From Tubulanus polymorphus (Eukaryota > Animalia > Nemertea), in NCBI RefSeq assembly GCF_964204645.1, contig NC_134033.1, positions 9,618,655 to 9,682,654 on the forward strand: a stretch of 64,000 bases of DNA, given 5' to 3'. Below, piece by piece: positions 37,126-49,230 of this stretch. The position numbers and the translations under genes are program-made. Every line of letters starts with the position of its first letter. Within the stretch, counting starts at the first letter, position 1. Under the pieces are notes generated by a model. The model saw nothing but the letters and a program-made list of their open reading frames with translations, searched no databases and had not been told where the DNA came from.

Positions 37126-40086
37126 TAGTGAATGCAAATTCCCTACTGCACATACTGATGCATAAATTCACAGATGAATTGATTATTAACGAAATTACGG
37201 ACTAAAACGATGCACAGAGAGCAGTGTGACAGACGTCAGTAGTAGCAGTGTGTCAGTAGTAGTTATTTTTAAACATTTTCTTGCCAACTATGCGTCCGCG
37301 AAACGCACTTTGATTAACTGCAATAATTCAGGACTCGACCCGTAATGAGTGAAATGCTGATTGTCATCGAATGAGGATGTGCCACATTGGAAATAGCCAT
37401 TACTTTCTAAAAAGTTATAGGCCTAGTCGTTCAAGGTCGCTCTTAGTGCTCGGAAAACACTTCTAATTTCAAAAATTTCCTTCGGGGAGGGACCCCCCCA
37501 AATAGCTTTGCGCCTTTGGTACTCGCAAATGCTGACAGCTGCGCTGTCAGCTGGTTCGCGTGTGCATGGGCATCCCCAGGATTTTAGGGGGGTTCGTTTT
37601 TAGGGATTGGGGGGTCAAGAGAGAACTGAGAAAATTTTTGAAAATTTCATGCAAGTTCTGGTGCAATCTGAGGACGATAGATTTGCTTTGCATGTATCGT
37701 TTGTTATTTTGCTAATTTAGCAGATGCAGACCATGTGCTGATGTCGTTGACGTTTGAAAATTCAAAAAGGGGGTTAGTTCGAACTACCACACCCTCCTAG
37801 GGACGCCCGTAGTGTGTAACTAAAGAAAAATACCAGAAAGATTTCTGGAAATATTATAGCTAGGTGCTGGCAACACTGCATGTGCAACTAAGCATATGTT
37901 AATACGATCATGTGTTGTAGAATTATTCATTCTCCAATTACCAAGTCCAATTTAAAATGACATGTATTTCACTGCTGAATTGACATTCCTGAATTCTGAA
38001 TCAACAGCCTTTAGTGGATGACTTGTCAATAGTGGCACTTGGCAAGATTCAATCCTTAAGTTAAGGCGTCAGTAGGCGCAGATTCTTTACTTATCCCAGA
38101 TGTAAAACTTAATATAACTCGTTCTGGAAAAAGGAATAAGGAATTCCCTAGGTCACCGAGTATTTGATTTTACCTGCCATAAGTAGAAGAACATATCTGG
38201 ATGTTTCTATATTTCAAAAATTGCTGGGATAGTACACAGCCCTGAAAGCAATTTTTAATAGTAAATTGTGGGAAGTGTCATTTCGGGGCATTGCATTCCA
38301 CTAGCTTTTTGGAAATTACCAACATGCATTGATGTACGTATTGTCTCGAAATTAGCCAGTCTTGCATTTTTCATATCGGGTCAATCTTCACTGACATTAC
38401 TCTTGCACTTGAACTCAAAACTGTGGAACCAATCACAAATTATCTGGATTAAGCTGGTTTTTAGTGTATTAGATCTGTGTTGTTTATTTAGCTTGCTTTT
38501 AATAAATGCATGTAAATGTGTAATTTCTGAAGTTTGTTCTAAACAAAACTTTTTAACATTTGAATTTCAAGTCACTGACAGTTAAACTCCCTTAATCATA
38601 TAAGGTTATATCTGATATTTCCAATCCTTTCATCATTTGTAGTTCGAATTTCCTTTATGATTATCATCCTGGATTTCCTGTGTAATCACTTCACCTTGAA
38701 GATCAAAACTAAGTGGGTTCTACTGTATGTAAAAAAATTTACAATTATGTGTCAATTCAATAGGGTAGTGATTTGTAAAGGCTGCCATCGTAAAATTAGT
38801 ATCACTGAAATTTGAAACCGGACTTCATCTATTCAGTGGTTGGGATTTCATCCAAATTGACTGAAATTCACAGTTCTATTATATTAATCTCGACTATATC
38901 TTCTACAACTGCACTAATAACTATACTAATACTGTAATCTCCTTATGCAGTTATTTATCGGCAAAAACTGGGTATGTAGCATAACACATCAGTCTCTTTT
39001 TACTATACTAATTAACATTTTTTTCTGATTCCTTGTTGTATTTTTACAAATGAAATTAATGCTTCACTGCATCAAGCAAATTTAAAGGCATCTACTTCAA
39101 TTATCAGTTAAAATGCATACAACTCAATTTCTTTTTTAAAATTCAGTTTTCGTTTACTTGAAAGATTTTAAGAAACTATATCATGGCGAAAGAATTCAAA
39201 TTTTAGTTAACATTGTATAACTGTATATGTGCAACTGAGTCCACGAACAGCTCTAAAATGCTTTTTGGAATGGGAAGGGGCATTGAACATCGAAATTTTA
39301 AGATAGTGAAGCATTTCAGGAAGGTATAATGTGACAATTATAATGATAATATCATTTCATTTCAACGTCATAAAGAGAGATATACAAGAATATACAAATA
39401 ATGAAATATTTGAATATATGAAGTGCTCCAGTTAAAAATTTCAGTCAGACAGTATTTGATCACTATTTTTCCTTAATCAGTAAAAGTCTAAGTGGAACGA
39501 TTTCCCTAAATGAATTTAATCGCCCAGTTTAATCCTGACAATCTGTAATATTGCCAACTCTATTGGGGCTCCAGTAAAAATTGAACAAAAATTATATCTG
39601 AGTGTGTTTGAAAGTAATAAATAAAAGAAGTTTGTACAATTTTCATCCTGTCTTAATTTCACGTGCCGCATATGCAAAGGATTTTATTTATTGTCTGCTA
39701 ATCAGAGTCGCAAAGGATGCTGGTAAAAAAACAGTTACCGCACGCGTATTATTGTCTATATGAACAACAGTGTGGACCTTGATCCGAAAATCAATTTGAC
39801 GTATGTACACATAGCTGCCAAACAACACGAACAACAGTGACTGTATATACTGATAATTCATTTATTGTCACGTAACTTCTTTTCTCTCCCGTATTGAGTA
39901 CTGACAAAATATTTTTACCACGTGTCGTTTGTAATTTTCCCCGTTATCCAACCAATACGGACTCTCTGGAGCACTGATAAAGCAGAGGAGATTGGATTAA
40001 CCTTACAAAGGCCTATGAAAGTTTCATATCCCCCTCCAGTGTTCCCAGACTCTTAGTTTTATTATAATTTTTCATCTAAATTTCAG

Positions 40087-40141
40087 AGCTCGGCATTATG
40101 CTGGTGGTTGGGACGACTGGAGTAAGCGCCAAGGACGTTAA
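40087..40141 (+). CDS. Rhodanese gene final coding exon
   Basis: tttcAG| phase 2: ARHYAGGWDDWSKRQGR-TAA (rhodanese C-terminal Y.GG...W signature). 241+150+163+55=609 nt, i.e. 202 aa plus stop. Confidence 0.92.
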
Positions 40142-40815
40142 AATAGTGCATACTTGGGATGCATGCATGTAGAATATTTTAGATGCTATGATATAATTGA
40201 AACGCGCAACTGGAAACATTTCAATAAGAAACTAAAAATGGTGCAGTGTTAAAAGCGATACATATATTTACATATATTTGAATATTTGAAGGTGCGTCAG
40301 GTTTGATTAGGGAAACTGATAGTTATTGCTAAACAGCACATGCTTTGTGAAACAGCACATTAGATCAACAGAAAAGCCCCTCAGCCATACATGTTCTAGC
40401 TACTACAATTATGTGCTAAGGTAATAGAATAATGATCATTATTTATACATGTATTTGTTTGTTACTTAGTTACCATTACTAATTACAATAATTGTACTAT
40501 AGGCGTGTTCACACTACATCGTTCAGAACTGTCAGTTTGGTCCGTTCCACTTTAGAACAGATCAAGCATTCACATAAGCAAAAAGTCCATTCCAAATTGG
40601 TCCTTTCCATTTCAGACCGTTCCAATTTGGACCAACCAAATAACCGAGCCGTGTCTCTTCGAAATTTGGGAATGGTCTAAGTCATTGTGTGTGAAGAGAA
40701 ACTGGTTCTATATCTGTTATTAATTATACTTAGCAGTATGAATTCAATTGTAATGAACTCGTCACCAGTTCTTCGTCAATCTGATTAGTATAGTTTTCGG
40801 ATTTCATATACTTTC

Positions 40816-41102
40816 TGGGGGATGAGATGCATGTGAAAAAAATGTGAAAATCTCATATGTAGTTTTCCTTGTATATATGTTCTTCTGTGGGCTCGACTTA
40901 GACACAAGAAGTTCCTAGCTGACGGACGTAGTACAAGATAAAAAAGGAATCTGCCACGTGACTATAGTCTAGTAATGTATGAAGAAAATGTATCAGGTAT
41001 ATATCCCTTCTGAAAGATTTTTATGAACAAAAACGTGAAAAGAATTGGAAAAGGGCAATGAGAAAAAATGTGAAAATTTCAGAATCTTGCATCTCATCCC
41101 TG
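40816..41102. mobile_element. Small hAT-like MITE
   Basis: gggatgagatgca ... tgcatctcatccctg inverted termini; subterminal aaaaaatgtgaaaat repeats. Confidence 0.6.
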
Positions 41103-41510
41103 AATTTTGATGTTGCCTAAAAATGAATGTTTAGGCTAATTTATTTTAAAATCGGTCTATTTCTCTTGTGTATGTTGCTCGCGGGGTATCTGTTCTAAAT
41201 GTTTTTAAAATGTCCAACAATTTACCATAGATTGCTGTGTCCAAATATATGAACTGCAGTCATTAAAAGTTTAAAAATAAATAACAGCCAGAACTCATAA
41301 ATCTATAGTTTTACATAAATTTTAGGGTAAAAAATTGATAAATGAATAAGACATTTGTTAATGCAAATTATACTGCTGTAGTGCTATAGTGAAATTTTCA
41401 TGAATAAATTATAATCAGTTAATTCCGTTTAGTTTGTCGTTGTTAATGTATGTGATCCATTTTCGCAGCACGCCAAAACCTTAAAATCTATGATCAAATC
41501 GTATTATCAT

Positions 41511-41964
41511 TCATTTTTGTAGGACATGAAAAACCTTCTTTAAAAAGAAACGCAACAATTTGTAACGTTTTACGCGTTCTAGCATTTTGCCTAGTGTGAA
41601 TGTACATGAACCCGTTATAATTGTTGAAGCAAGTCCCTCATAAATGACTCTGTCACCTACGGGATCTTTGAATTCTACTTGAGTGATAGAATGTTTAACG
41701 AAACGTCCAAGAATAAACGAGCCACAACACGCAGAGTTCCTGTCTCCAGAATCACTTTTATTACACGAACTGATCACAACGGTCTGAATGTCTACAGCGG
41801 TCTCCCCAAACGGTCCAAAAAACCCAGTATATATAGTTAATTCCCCAACCAATCTCATTAGCGAACGACATTACCAAAACCCACTGTCTAATTTCTCGTT
41901 CGTGCAACAGCAAATATTTACGAAAGGACGGTATACGTGACAGTTTCCCATTAAAATGTCGCAT
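41511..41964 (-). pseudogene. Unknown Cys/aromatic-rich ORF downstream of the RAG1-like transposase (two overlapping frames)
   Basis: ORFs 41761-41964 (..WTVWGDRCRHSDRCD) and 41511-41858 (..CCGSFILGRFVKHSITQVEFKDPVGDRVIYEG..) look like one frameshifted gene on the transposase strand. Confidence 0.4.
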
Positions 41965-42149
41965 TACTTTGGATAATCTTCAACATCAGCAGTTGTTGCT
42001 TGCAGAAGCTAATATTTACGAGCAACTGACGCGCATTAGTCGTAAGGTTCAATTTCAGTACAAACAAAAAGCTATATCAATCTGAGTACAAACGAAAGCT
42101 GACGCTGGCAAAGTTTGAAACTTTTATCACGAAATAGTTTATGATATCG

Positions 42150-44360
42150 TTAGAAGATGGCAGCATTCTCTATGAATTGAGACTGCTGTTGAAACTCAAT
42201 AATACCGTTGTCACAAATATATTCGTTTAACTACATCATTTAATTTTTCGATTCCCTGGCCGCTATAAGACTTTATCGAATGATATTTCATCAACATATA
42301 TGGTATATGGTAGACCATTATATGGATGTACGGTGTTACATTAGTTTTTGTACCCTTTTCTTGAAGCACCTAGAGAAAGGAATTGTTCTAACCATAGTTT
42401 TGCTTCCTCAAAATATTCTAAATGCACAGTGCTTCCGTCGTTTGTTTGATTTTTACTAAACAATGAGCTGAGCAAGTCTGAAAATTTTTGCCACAAACCT
42501 AGTACTTTTGACTTAGTTACAGGATGAATTATATCTGCATCCTGTAATTTCAGAGGCAAGAATGATGATAATACTTTCTTGAAATCTGGGCCTTGTAATG
42601 ATGACCACTCAAGCACACCCAAACCACTATGAGTGACAGGGTGTTTCTTTTCCCAAATGTGATAACATACACCACAGTCTGCTATTAGGGTACATAAATT
42701 TTGTAAGCCTGGTCCAATTATGCCATGATTTTGAGAACTGTGAAATTGAGTTCCATCATCCCTATCTTTGACATCATTTATAAGGTTACGTAATAACACA
42801 TCTCCAACTCTAGCATTAGATGTAGTTCATCTATCACTACATTTTCTGGCTCAATTTCAAATAATGGCAAATTAAACATTCCATTACTTTTACTCATCAC
42901 ATCAATTTTCATTGCAGCCGAAGTTCTGGGGAATGATAAAAATCCCATGGCTTGCTCGTGTCAAATCTAAAATCTTTGTGAACCTTACAATAAATGCAAC
43001 ATTCATTTGATGTTGAACCTTTTATCCCATATACCAGCTGTAAGAATTTCAGATCACCTCCCATGGTAAAATCCAAATGAAATGAAACATCGTTTAGACT
43101 AACTGATTCCTGATTTATCAATGAATTTATGTCTGCACTCACAGGGGCAAGACCTTGCTTCAAATGGTCATACCTGTCTGGCCACTTCAAAATAGCAAAT
43201 GCCCTTGGCAATCCAGGGAGCTCATTGTCAACAAGACTCAATGACATGGTTATGAAAGATGATGTTTTACTCATGTTTGCTCCATCTCCGCCTATCTTGA
43301 CAGTAAATTGATTAGTATAGCCAATTCTATCTATTTGTTTGATCCTATCAAACAATGCAGTTTTAAAATCGATATAACACCCAGGAATTCCACCAGTGGT
43401 CCTATTGATTACGATGCCTTTTGACAATTCATTTCTGCACGGAATGATTAGTGATTTTGACGGGAGTGCATCACCTGCCACCGATAGTTCATGGAATGCT
43501 GCATCGCTGACGAAATATTGATCTAGAATATAAAGTAGATCTTTGAATTTTGACTGTCCCTCCTGAGACAAATTTTGATATGAAGAACCACTGATAAATT
43601 CTGCTTGGTGCCAAATTTTACTTCGTAAACGTTTTCAGACTTTGAACAGGCCAATTTCAAAGATTAGGGCACAAGCCCATAGGTCTCCGCAAACCACAGA
43701 GACTTCTCTGCTTCAGTCTCTAACTGTCTAAGATTGCGCTTAACCTGCAATGATCCTAGTTCAGAAACTTTCTTACCAGAATTCACTTTCAATGGTTTAC
43801 TAAGGAGTTTCTCAAGTTGTTCTGCAAGGACTGCCTTGCATGACTCTAATTTTTCTATTTTGACAACATTTGACTTTTCTTTAGACAATGCTTCCTGAAG
43901 TGAAGCATATGTTTTGTCTAAGTTGGCAGTTAGGGATAAATCTTCATGTTCCAAAGAGGACACATGTTTGACCGCAACATTTACTTGTACCAGCTCATGG
44001 AAATAAACTTTCACCGAGTGGTTTTCTTCACTGAACTTTAAAAAAGTTCGACCATTCCATTTCCCCTGTTTATACTTTTTATGGACACGAGAAAGGAGTT
44101 CAGATATACGTTTCTCAACACGTGTTACAAAATGTTGAATATTAATAAAATTTAATGTGTTGTTTAAAAAACAAATAAAACTAAAGTTAGGATGCTTATC
44201 CTTAATACTCTTGAGTTCTCTCACAGTCTGGTACTTACATAAAATAAGATAAAGTTATCTTCAGCACTACTATCATCAAACCCGAGTGAAGACTAAGTTC
44301 TGATTTCATTCTTGAATCTTACAGAGCTGTATCTACCGATGTAGTCAATGACTTAGTCAT
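42150..44360 (-). pseudogene. RAG1/Transib/Chapaev-superfamily DDE transposase, frameshifted
   Basis: Ordered motifs KIGGDG (first D), GGDLKFL (second D), CIYC, VIDELHLML/RVGDVLL, WSSLQG, VTPYIHIMVYHIP, SYSGQGIEKLN (catalytic E) parallel RAG1 core KESCDG, GYDEK, CTLC, IDALH, ITNYFHKTLAHVP, ASEGNESGN. Coiled-coil N-terminus at 43664-44224. Confidence 0.85.
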
Positions 44361-44366
44361 ACATTT

Positions 44367-44884
44367 TTAGTTTTGAACTGGATTAAGTGTTAACATGTCA
44401 CAGGCCACAGTTAGAGATTTTAGTACAACACTTTCAATTAGATATCTCAATGTTTTCACAAGATTTCCATCAGATACAAAATATCTAGACCTCGAAAAGC
44501 TAAGCGATGGCCTCAATTTACCGGAAATAATAATTTTGTTCCCTGTCCGTTTTTATCTAGACGGTACCACCAAGCACTAGATAGTGCCAATTCTCCAAAA
44601 TCGGCAAAATTGTATAAGTTGAAATCACCATCATCCGCTAGCGCGCCTTTTCCATGAAACAACTTCCTGAATATGTCCAGTGGAAAGAGTATTCTGATTT
44701 TTACAGTCCCCTCAACTAGACGAGATGAGATAGCATCTTCAAACGTCGCAGCAGCATCCAAAAGCCGTCTCCGTGACACATCAGGGTTGTAAAAATTATC
44801 TATTTAATGATCGGGTATGTGTCTGCCAGGCTCCCAAGTGCAGTCGTTACGTGACCAGTCCTGCCAAACAATTAGATACAGTGT
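44367..44884 (-). pseudogene. Chromodomain gene exon 2 (C-terminal half of chromodomain plus unknown domain)
   Basis: Acceptor ttttcAG| phase 0: TLYLIVWQDWSRNDCTWEPGRHIPDH*IDNFYNPD, in frame with ORF 44513-44779; after a frameshift it ends at TAA 44367. Confidence 0.75.
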
Positions 44885-45072
44885 CTGAAAATAGAAATAC
44901 AAGGTTATATAGTTTTCTGAATAAATCTTGTCAGTCAAAGCCGCTGCTGGTACCCACGTTCAATCCAGAAAAGTTTCTAACACCAGGCAGAAAGGGTCTG
45001 ACGCCATGCGATTTCAAGGGTGTAGGGCCTACCTCCAACAGATACATACAAATACAGTTTATTGTAATGGGT

Positions 45073-48000
45073 GTATGTATGTATGTATGTATGTATATTT
45101 ATTTTATTATTGTGACATGTAGTTATAAGTCTTCTTTACCAACACATAATATATACATTTCAACACTACCCAGCCCTCAACGGGCTTATAAGTCACCATT
45201 AATTAGAATTATTTATAGATATATTCAAGTGGCACTGAAAGTACATGAACTCCTTTTACTCCAACACTTCAATAAAGGTTGCTAGAGTTATTTGATAGTT
45301 AGCCGTTAATATTTGAAACTGTTGTTGTTTTGTTAGTTCTTGGAAGTCATGCACCTCCTGACATGCACCTGTGACATATCTACAAAAAGTTTATACCGTT
45401 CTTGTTCGTATTTCTTACATGACATAATAAAGTGAAATTCATCTTCAACGCATGCTTCAGGTCTACAAAAGTTACATACGCGTTCCTCAACCCTTTTACC
45501 CCTAAACCGACCCAATTCTATTTCCAAACCCAGGACACCACACCTTAGCTGTGCTTATAAGCTTCTCTTCTTTCTTGACGTAAAATTCATTATATAACTC
45601 TCAGCCCCGAAAGTATTCTTAAATGTAATATACGTGCGTAATTTTGGTTTATTATTAACTTCAGAAATCCACTGCTCACTAATTGATAATTCAATACACC
45701 TTTGTGCGTGCTTCATATCAACTCGTTGTAAATTATCTATGAAATTAGTATTTAAACCGAGGCTTCGACATAAGTTACCAAAATCTCGGAACCAACCAAT
45801 ATTCAAATCACGTAATTGGAGAAATATACGTTTAGTGAGTCTATCATCCGCCATAGCGATAAGTCTATTCCAAAGACGGAAAATTTCAAAATAACGCTTT
45901 TACTTAGCTGGATACCATCCAAAGTCACCCTGCATTGCCGCAATGGGGGTTAATGACCCCACACCGAGAAAAAATCTAATGGCTCTAGTTTGCACCCTTT
46001 CTATCAGTTTATTATTCTTAAAACCCCACACACCGGCTCCGTAACTAAGTATAGGGTCCACAAATGATTCATATAGTTTAGTGAACGTTTTATAAGCGAT
46101 ATCATACTGTGATTTTAACTTATACATTAATTTCCCTAAAGCTCTGCCTCCAGAATTAGACAGGACGGTTGTATGATCATTGAAGTTTAATGTACTGTCT
46201 AGCCAAACGCCGAGCTATTTATAAGAATTTACGTTTGTAATTGATTCATTTCGCCACTTAAATTCAAATAGCGTTTGCAATTTATTTTTTGCTCTAAACT
46301 GAACCACTGCCGTTTTCTCTAGATTGATTGCTAGTGCCCATTTTCTGCACCAACGTTCAAAAATATCAATCAGATTTTGTAATTTTTCTTTACTGTCAGC
46401 AATTAATACTATGTCATCTGCGTAGGCTAGGCAATTTACAGAAAATGCATTTTCACTTGTTGCATTCAACTCTATAATTACATCATTTAAGAATATGTTA
46501 CACAGGGTCGGAGAAGCTGGGTCGCCCTGTTTTACACCGTTTGAATAGTTAAACCATTCACTGTAGTGGGTGTTATTTAAAATCAAATCTAAGAGTTTGT
46601 CTTTGCTGGTGCGAACCTCTAAACCTATTGAACTTTTTTTCGAAGTAAACCATATTTGACCAGACGATATTCAACTCTTCATCCCAATATGGTTTTCTAT
46701 TTTTGATAGACTTCTTAGAAAATTTTGAGAGATCTCTAGACTGGAGAAAGGCATCCATTTCTCTGGTTATAACCATACATAAATTGTTATATATTACATC
46801 TATAACATTTTTTTCATTTTCCGCTTGTTCAATATTATTACAAATTATCTCTAATGCATTGACAAATATTTCATTTGACATGAATTCTGCTGGCACCTGA
46901 TTAAAATAATAACGTTTACGTGACTGTGCATTTCCCGACCTCATATCATTGTTTTGTTGTAGATCATTTTTACATTGATTCAGATTTGATAAAACCAATG
47001 TTATTTTAACATCGCGTGGTCAGGCGCTTTACTTCTATTTGATATGAGAGTCTCTGCATGCGCATCTTTCACAAGATCTAATGGGAGTTTCACAGAAAAG
47101 TCAGAAACTTTTTCGAACTGATCATAGGGCAAGGCGACATAGTCAACGACTGATCTTCCTTTTCCCGAAATGCTGGTAAAATTGTTCGAATGTTCTTTGA
47201 AACGACCGTTCAGTACACACAATTGAGCGTCATTTAATAGTTCAACGAAAGAGTTACCATGTGCGTTTGATTGTTTATCTACAACTGTACGGACCGGTAC
47301 TGATACATCCGGACAACTAATATCGTTTTGTTCACCTATTCTCGCATTGAAGTCTCCACACAGAAGAATGACATCGCTTCCCGAGTTCAAATAGATAGTT
47401 AATAGAATATAACTTAAAAATTGAGTGCAGTTGCGACCCCATGGTGAACCTTCGGGAGGTAGGTACGCGTTTATTAACACAAATCAAATTTTGTAATTTT
47501 ATCCTCTAGATGAATAATAAGTAAACCATCAACAGATTTTTCGATTGACTTTACATTGAAAACACTTAACAGATCATTTCGTATGAGAATACCAATTCCA
47601 CCATGGTTTATCGCTGCGTTTTTGTGTTTCAACAGTCTACTGTGAGGTATCCACGTATAGTATTCAATGTCTATGCTGTCTGTTTCATTGTTATTTAAAT
47701 GTGTCTCCTGCAGACACACAATATCAACTCAATTAACTTAGTCCTCATTACGTTTTTTACCTCGTAGTTTAATTCTAAATCACTTATCAAATCCTTGGCT
47801 TTTTCAAGTAGGTTTTCGGTAGATTCGTACTTTATTCCAGAAACAATTGGTATTTTCTGGTAGGAAAGGCTCACACAGTCTGCTGCCATTTCATTCTTCT
47901 CCTCTTCAAGGGAAGATAGCCTTCCTTCAACCAGCTCAATTCGACTCTTCATATCGTCTTCGAAACTATTCAATCGTGTCTCGAAATTCTCAAACGAGTT

Positions 48001-48716
48001 ACTCAGTTTGGCTGTACTTTACTTTACTCAGTCTCGATCTGGAAGTCATCTCTAGTCGATTTCGATTCACTTTTGACGCTCTTCACCAGTGTGTTGAGTC
48101 GTTCCTGCATGGAGGCTTTGAATGATCTTTGTTCTTTAATCGACGTATCAAAGTTTGTATTTAAACACTGAATTGCGTCTAGGATCTTTATTACGGAGTC
48201 TGAACTGTCTTCAGAAACATCATTAAGTTGTTCTGCGATGTTATTTTTTTTGGTGTCTTTTTGGGAGGTCTTTTGGGACTTTTGATTCCAGCCTCATCAC
48301 TTGTCGATGAGTGTTTCCTCGATTGTTTTGACGAACTGGTATTTGACATATCGGCAATACGGGGATTAACATCAACACCATATACAGTCTATAGATTAAC
48401 GACTATACAGTTCAATTCACACGGATAAGTCTTCGGCGTTCGTATTCTACAACCATTCATGCGTGACGAATCTACGCGTATGTATGTACTTTATGTGAGA
48501 ATATTTTGAAGTCAACGATAATATACGCAAAGTCTGTAAATCAGTTACAGTAGAGCATCGGTCGAAAAAAAAAACAATCTGTACCTCGTCCAGAATATTT
48601 TCGCTGTTACAACAATTAAGTTCAGTCTATTGACGGTTCCTCGATCATGTATAGAAACAAACTTTTCCACGGAGCAGTGACAGAACACTGCTGACCTTTA
48701 CCGCCATCTTGAATAC
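45073..48716 (-). mobile_element. Non-LTR retrotransposon (APE-type LINE) with ORF1 and ORF2, internally deleted, TSD-flanked
   Basis: TSD TAATGGGT at 45065-45072 and 48717-48724; 5' end gtattcaagatggcgg; AATAAA then (ACAT)n tail; endonuclease CLQETHL, GDFNARIG, VVDY, PDH; RT GVKQGDPASP, AYADD; C-terminal C..C..EDEFHFIMSC; coiled-coil ORF1 at ~47730-48350. Confidence 0.93.
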
Positions 48717-48849
48717 TAATGGGTATCCACTATTTAAATATTATACTACTATTTCATTACTTGTAAAATGGAATTATGGAATTCCCCAATCATCTGCGGT
48801 ACTGGTAGGAGAATGAATATTTTTTTCTTCGAGGAGGAAATATACTCAC

Positions 48850-49041
48850 TTCATTGCCGTGATTTTTATAGCTAATTGTGCGTTCAACGAAATAAAAGTC
48901 CTCCAGAACATTCCTTGTTTGTTTAGCAATTCTTTTATTATTCAGCAGTTGAAAATCACCAGCAAGACGCTTAAAATTGATATATTTGTGCCTCAAATCG
49001 TAAGGTTTCACGTCCCTCGCGTCTCGCATGCGCGCAGCCAT
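48850..49041 (-). CDS. Chromodomain gene exon 1
   Basis: AAAATGGCT start; MAARMRDARDVKPYDLRH...EDFYFVERTISYKNHGNE|GTGAGT donor in phase 0; completes the chromodomain with exon 2. Confidence 0.72.
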
Positions 49042-49230
49042 TTTGATATGCAGCAGCGCCATAGCGGTAGAGACGAAAATCAATATGAACGCAATTGTTG
49101 GTAATGTCATGACTTCGAATGGAAAGGCAACTGAAATTATGCCCACGAGGCTCACGGTACAATTAAATACTGACACAAACTGACGCACTACGGACACCCA
49201 AAATTTTGTTACACCCCCCCCCCCCCCCCC

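Noticed and set aside
38268-38585. 105-aa hydrophobic ORF in rhodanese intron 3
   Set aside because: GTG start, no recognisable motif, and no compatible splice phases identified.
41100-49230. RAG2-like gene or RSS-like TIRs around the RAG1-like transposase
   Set aside because: No kelch or PHD pattern was visible. CAC-starting motifs at 49186 (CACTA) and ~41391 point outward, so element ends could not be defined.
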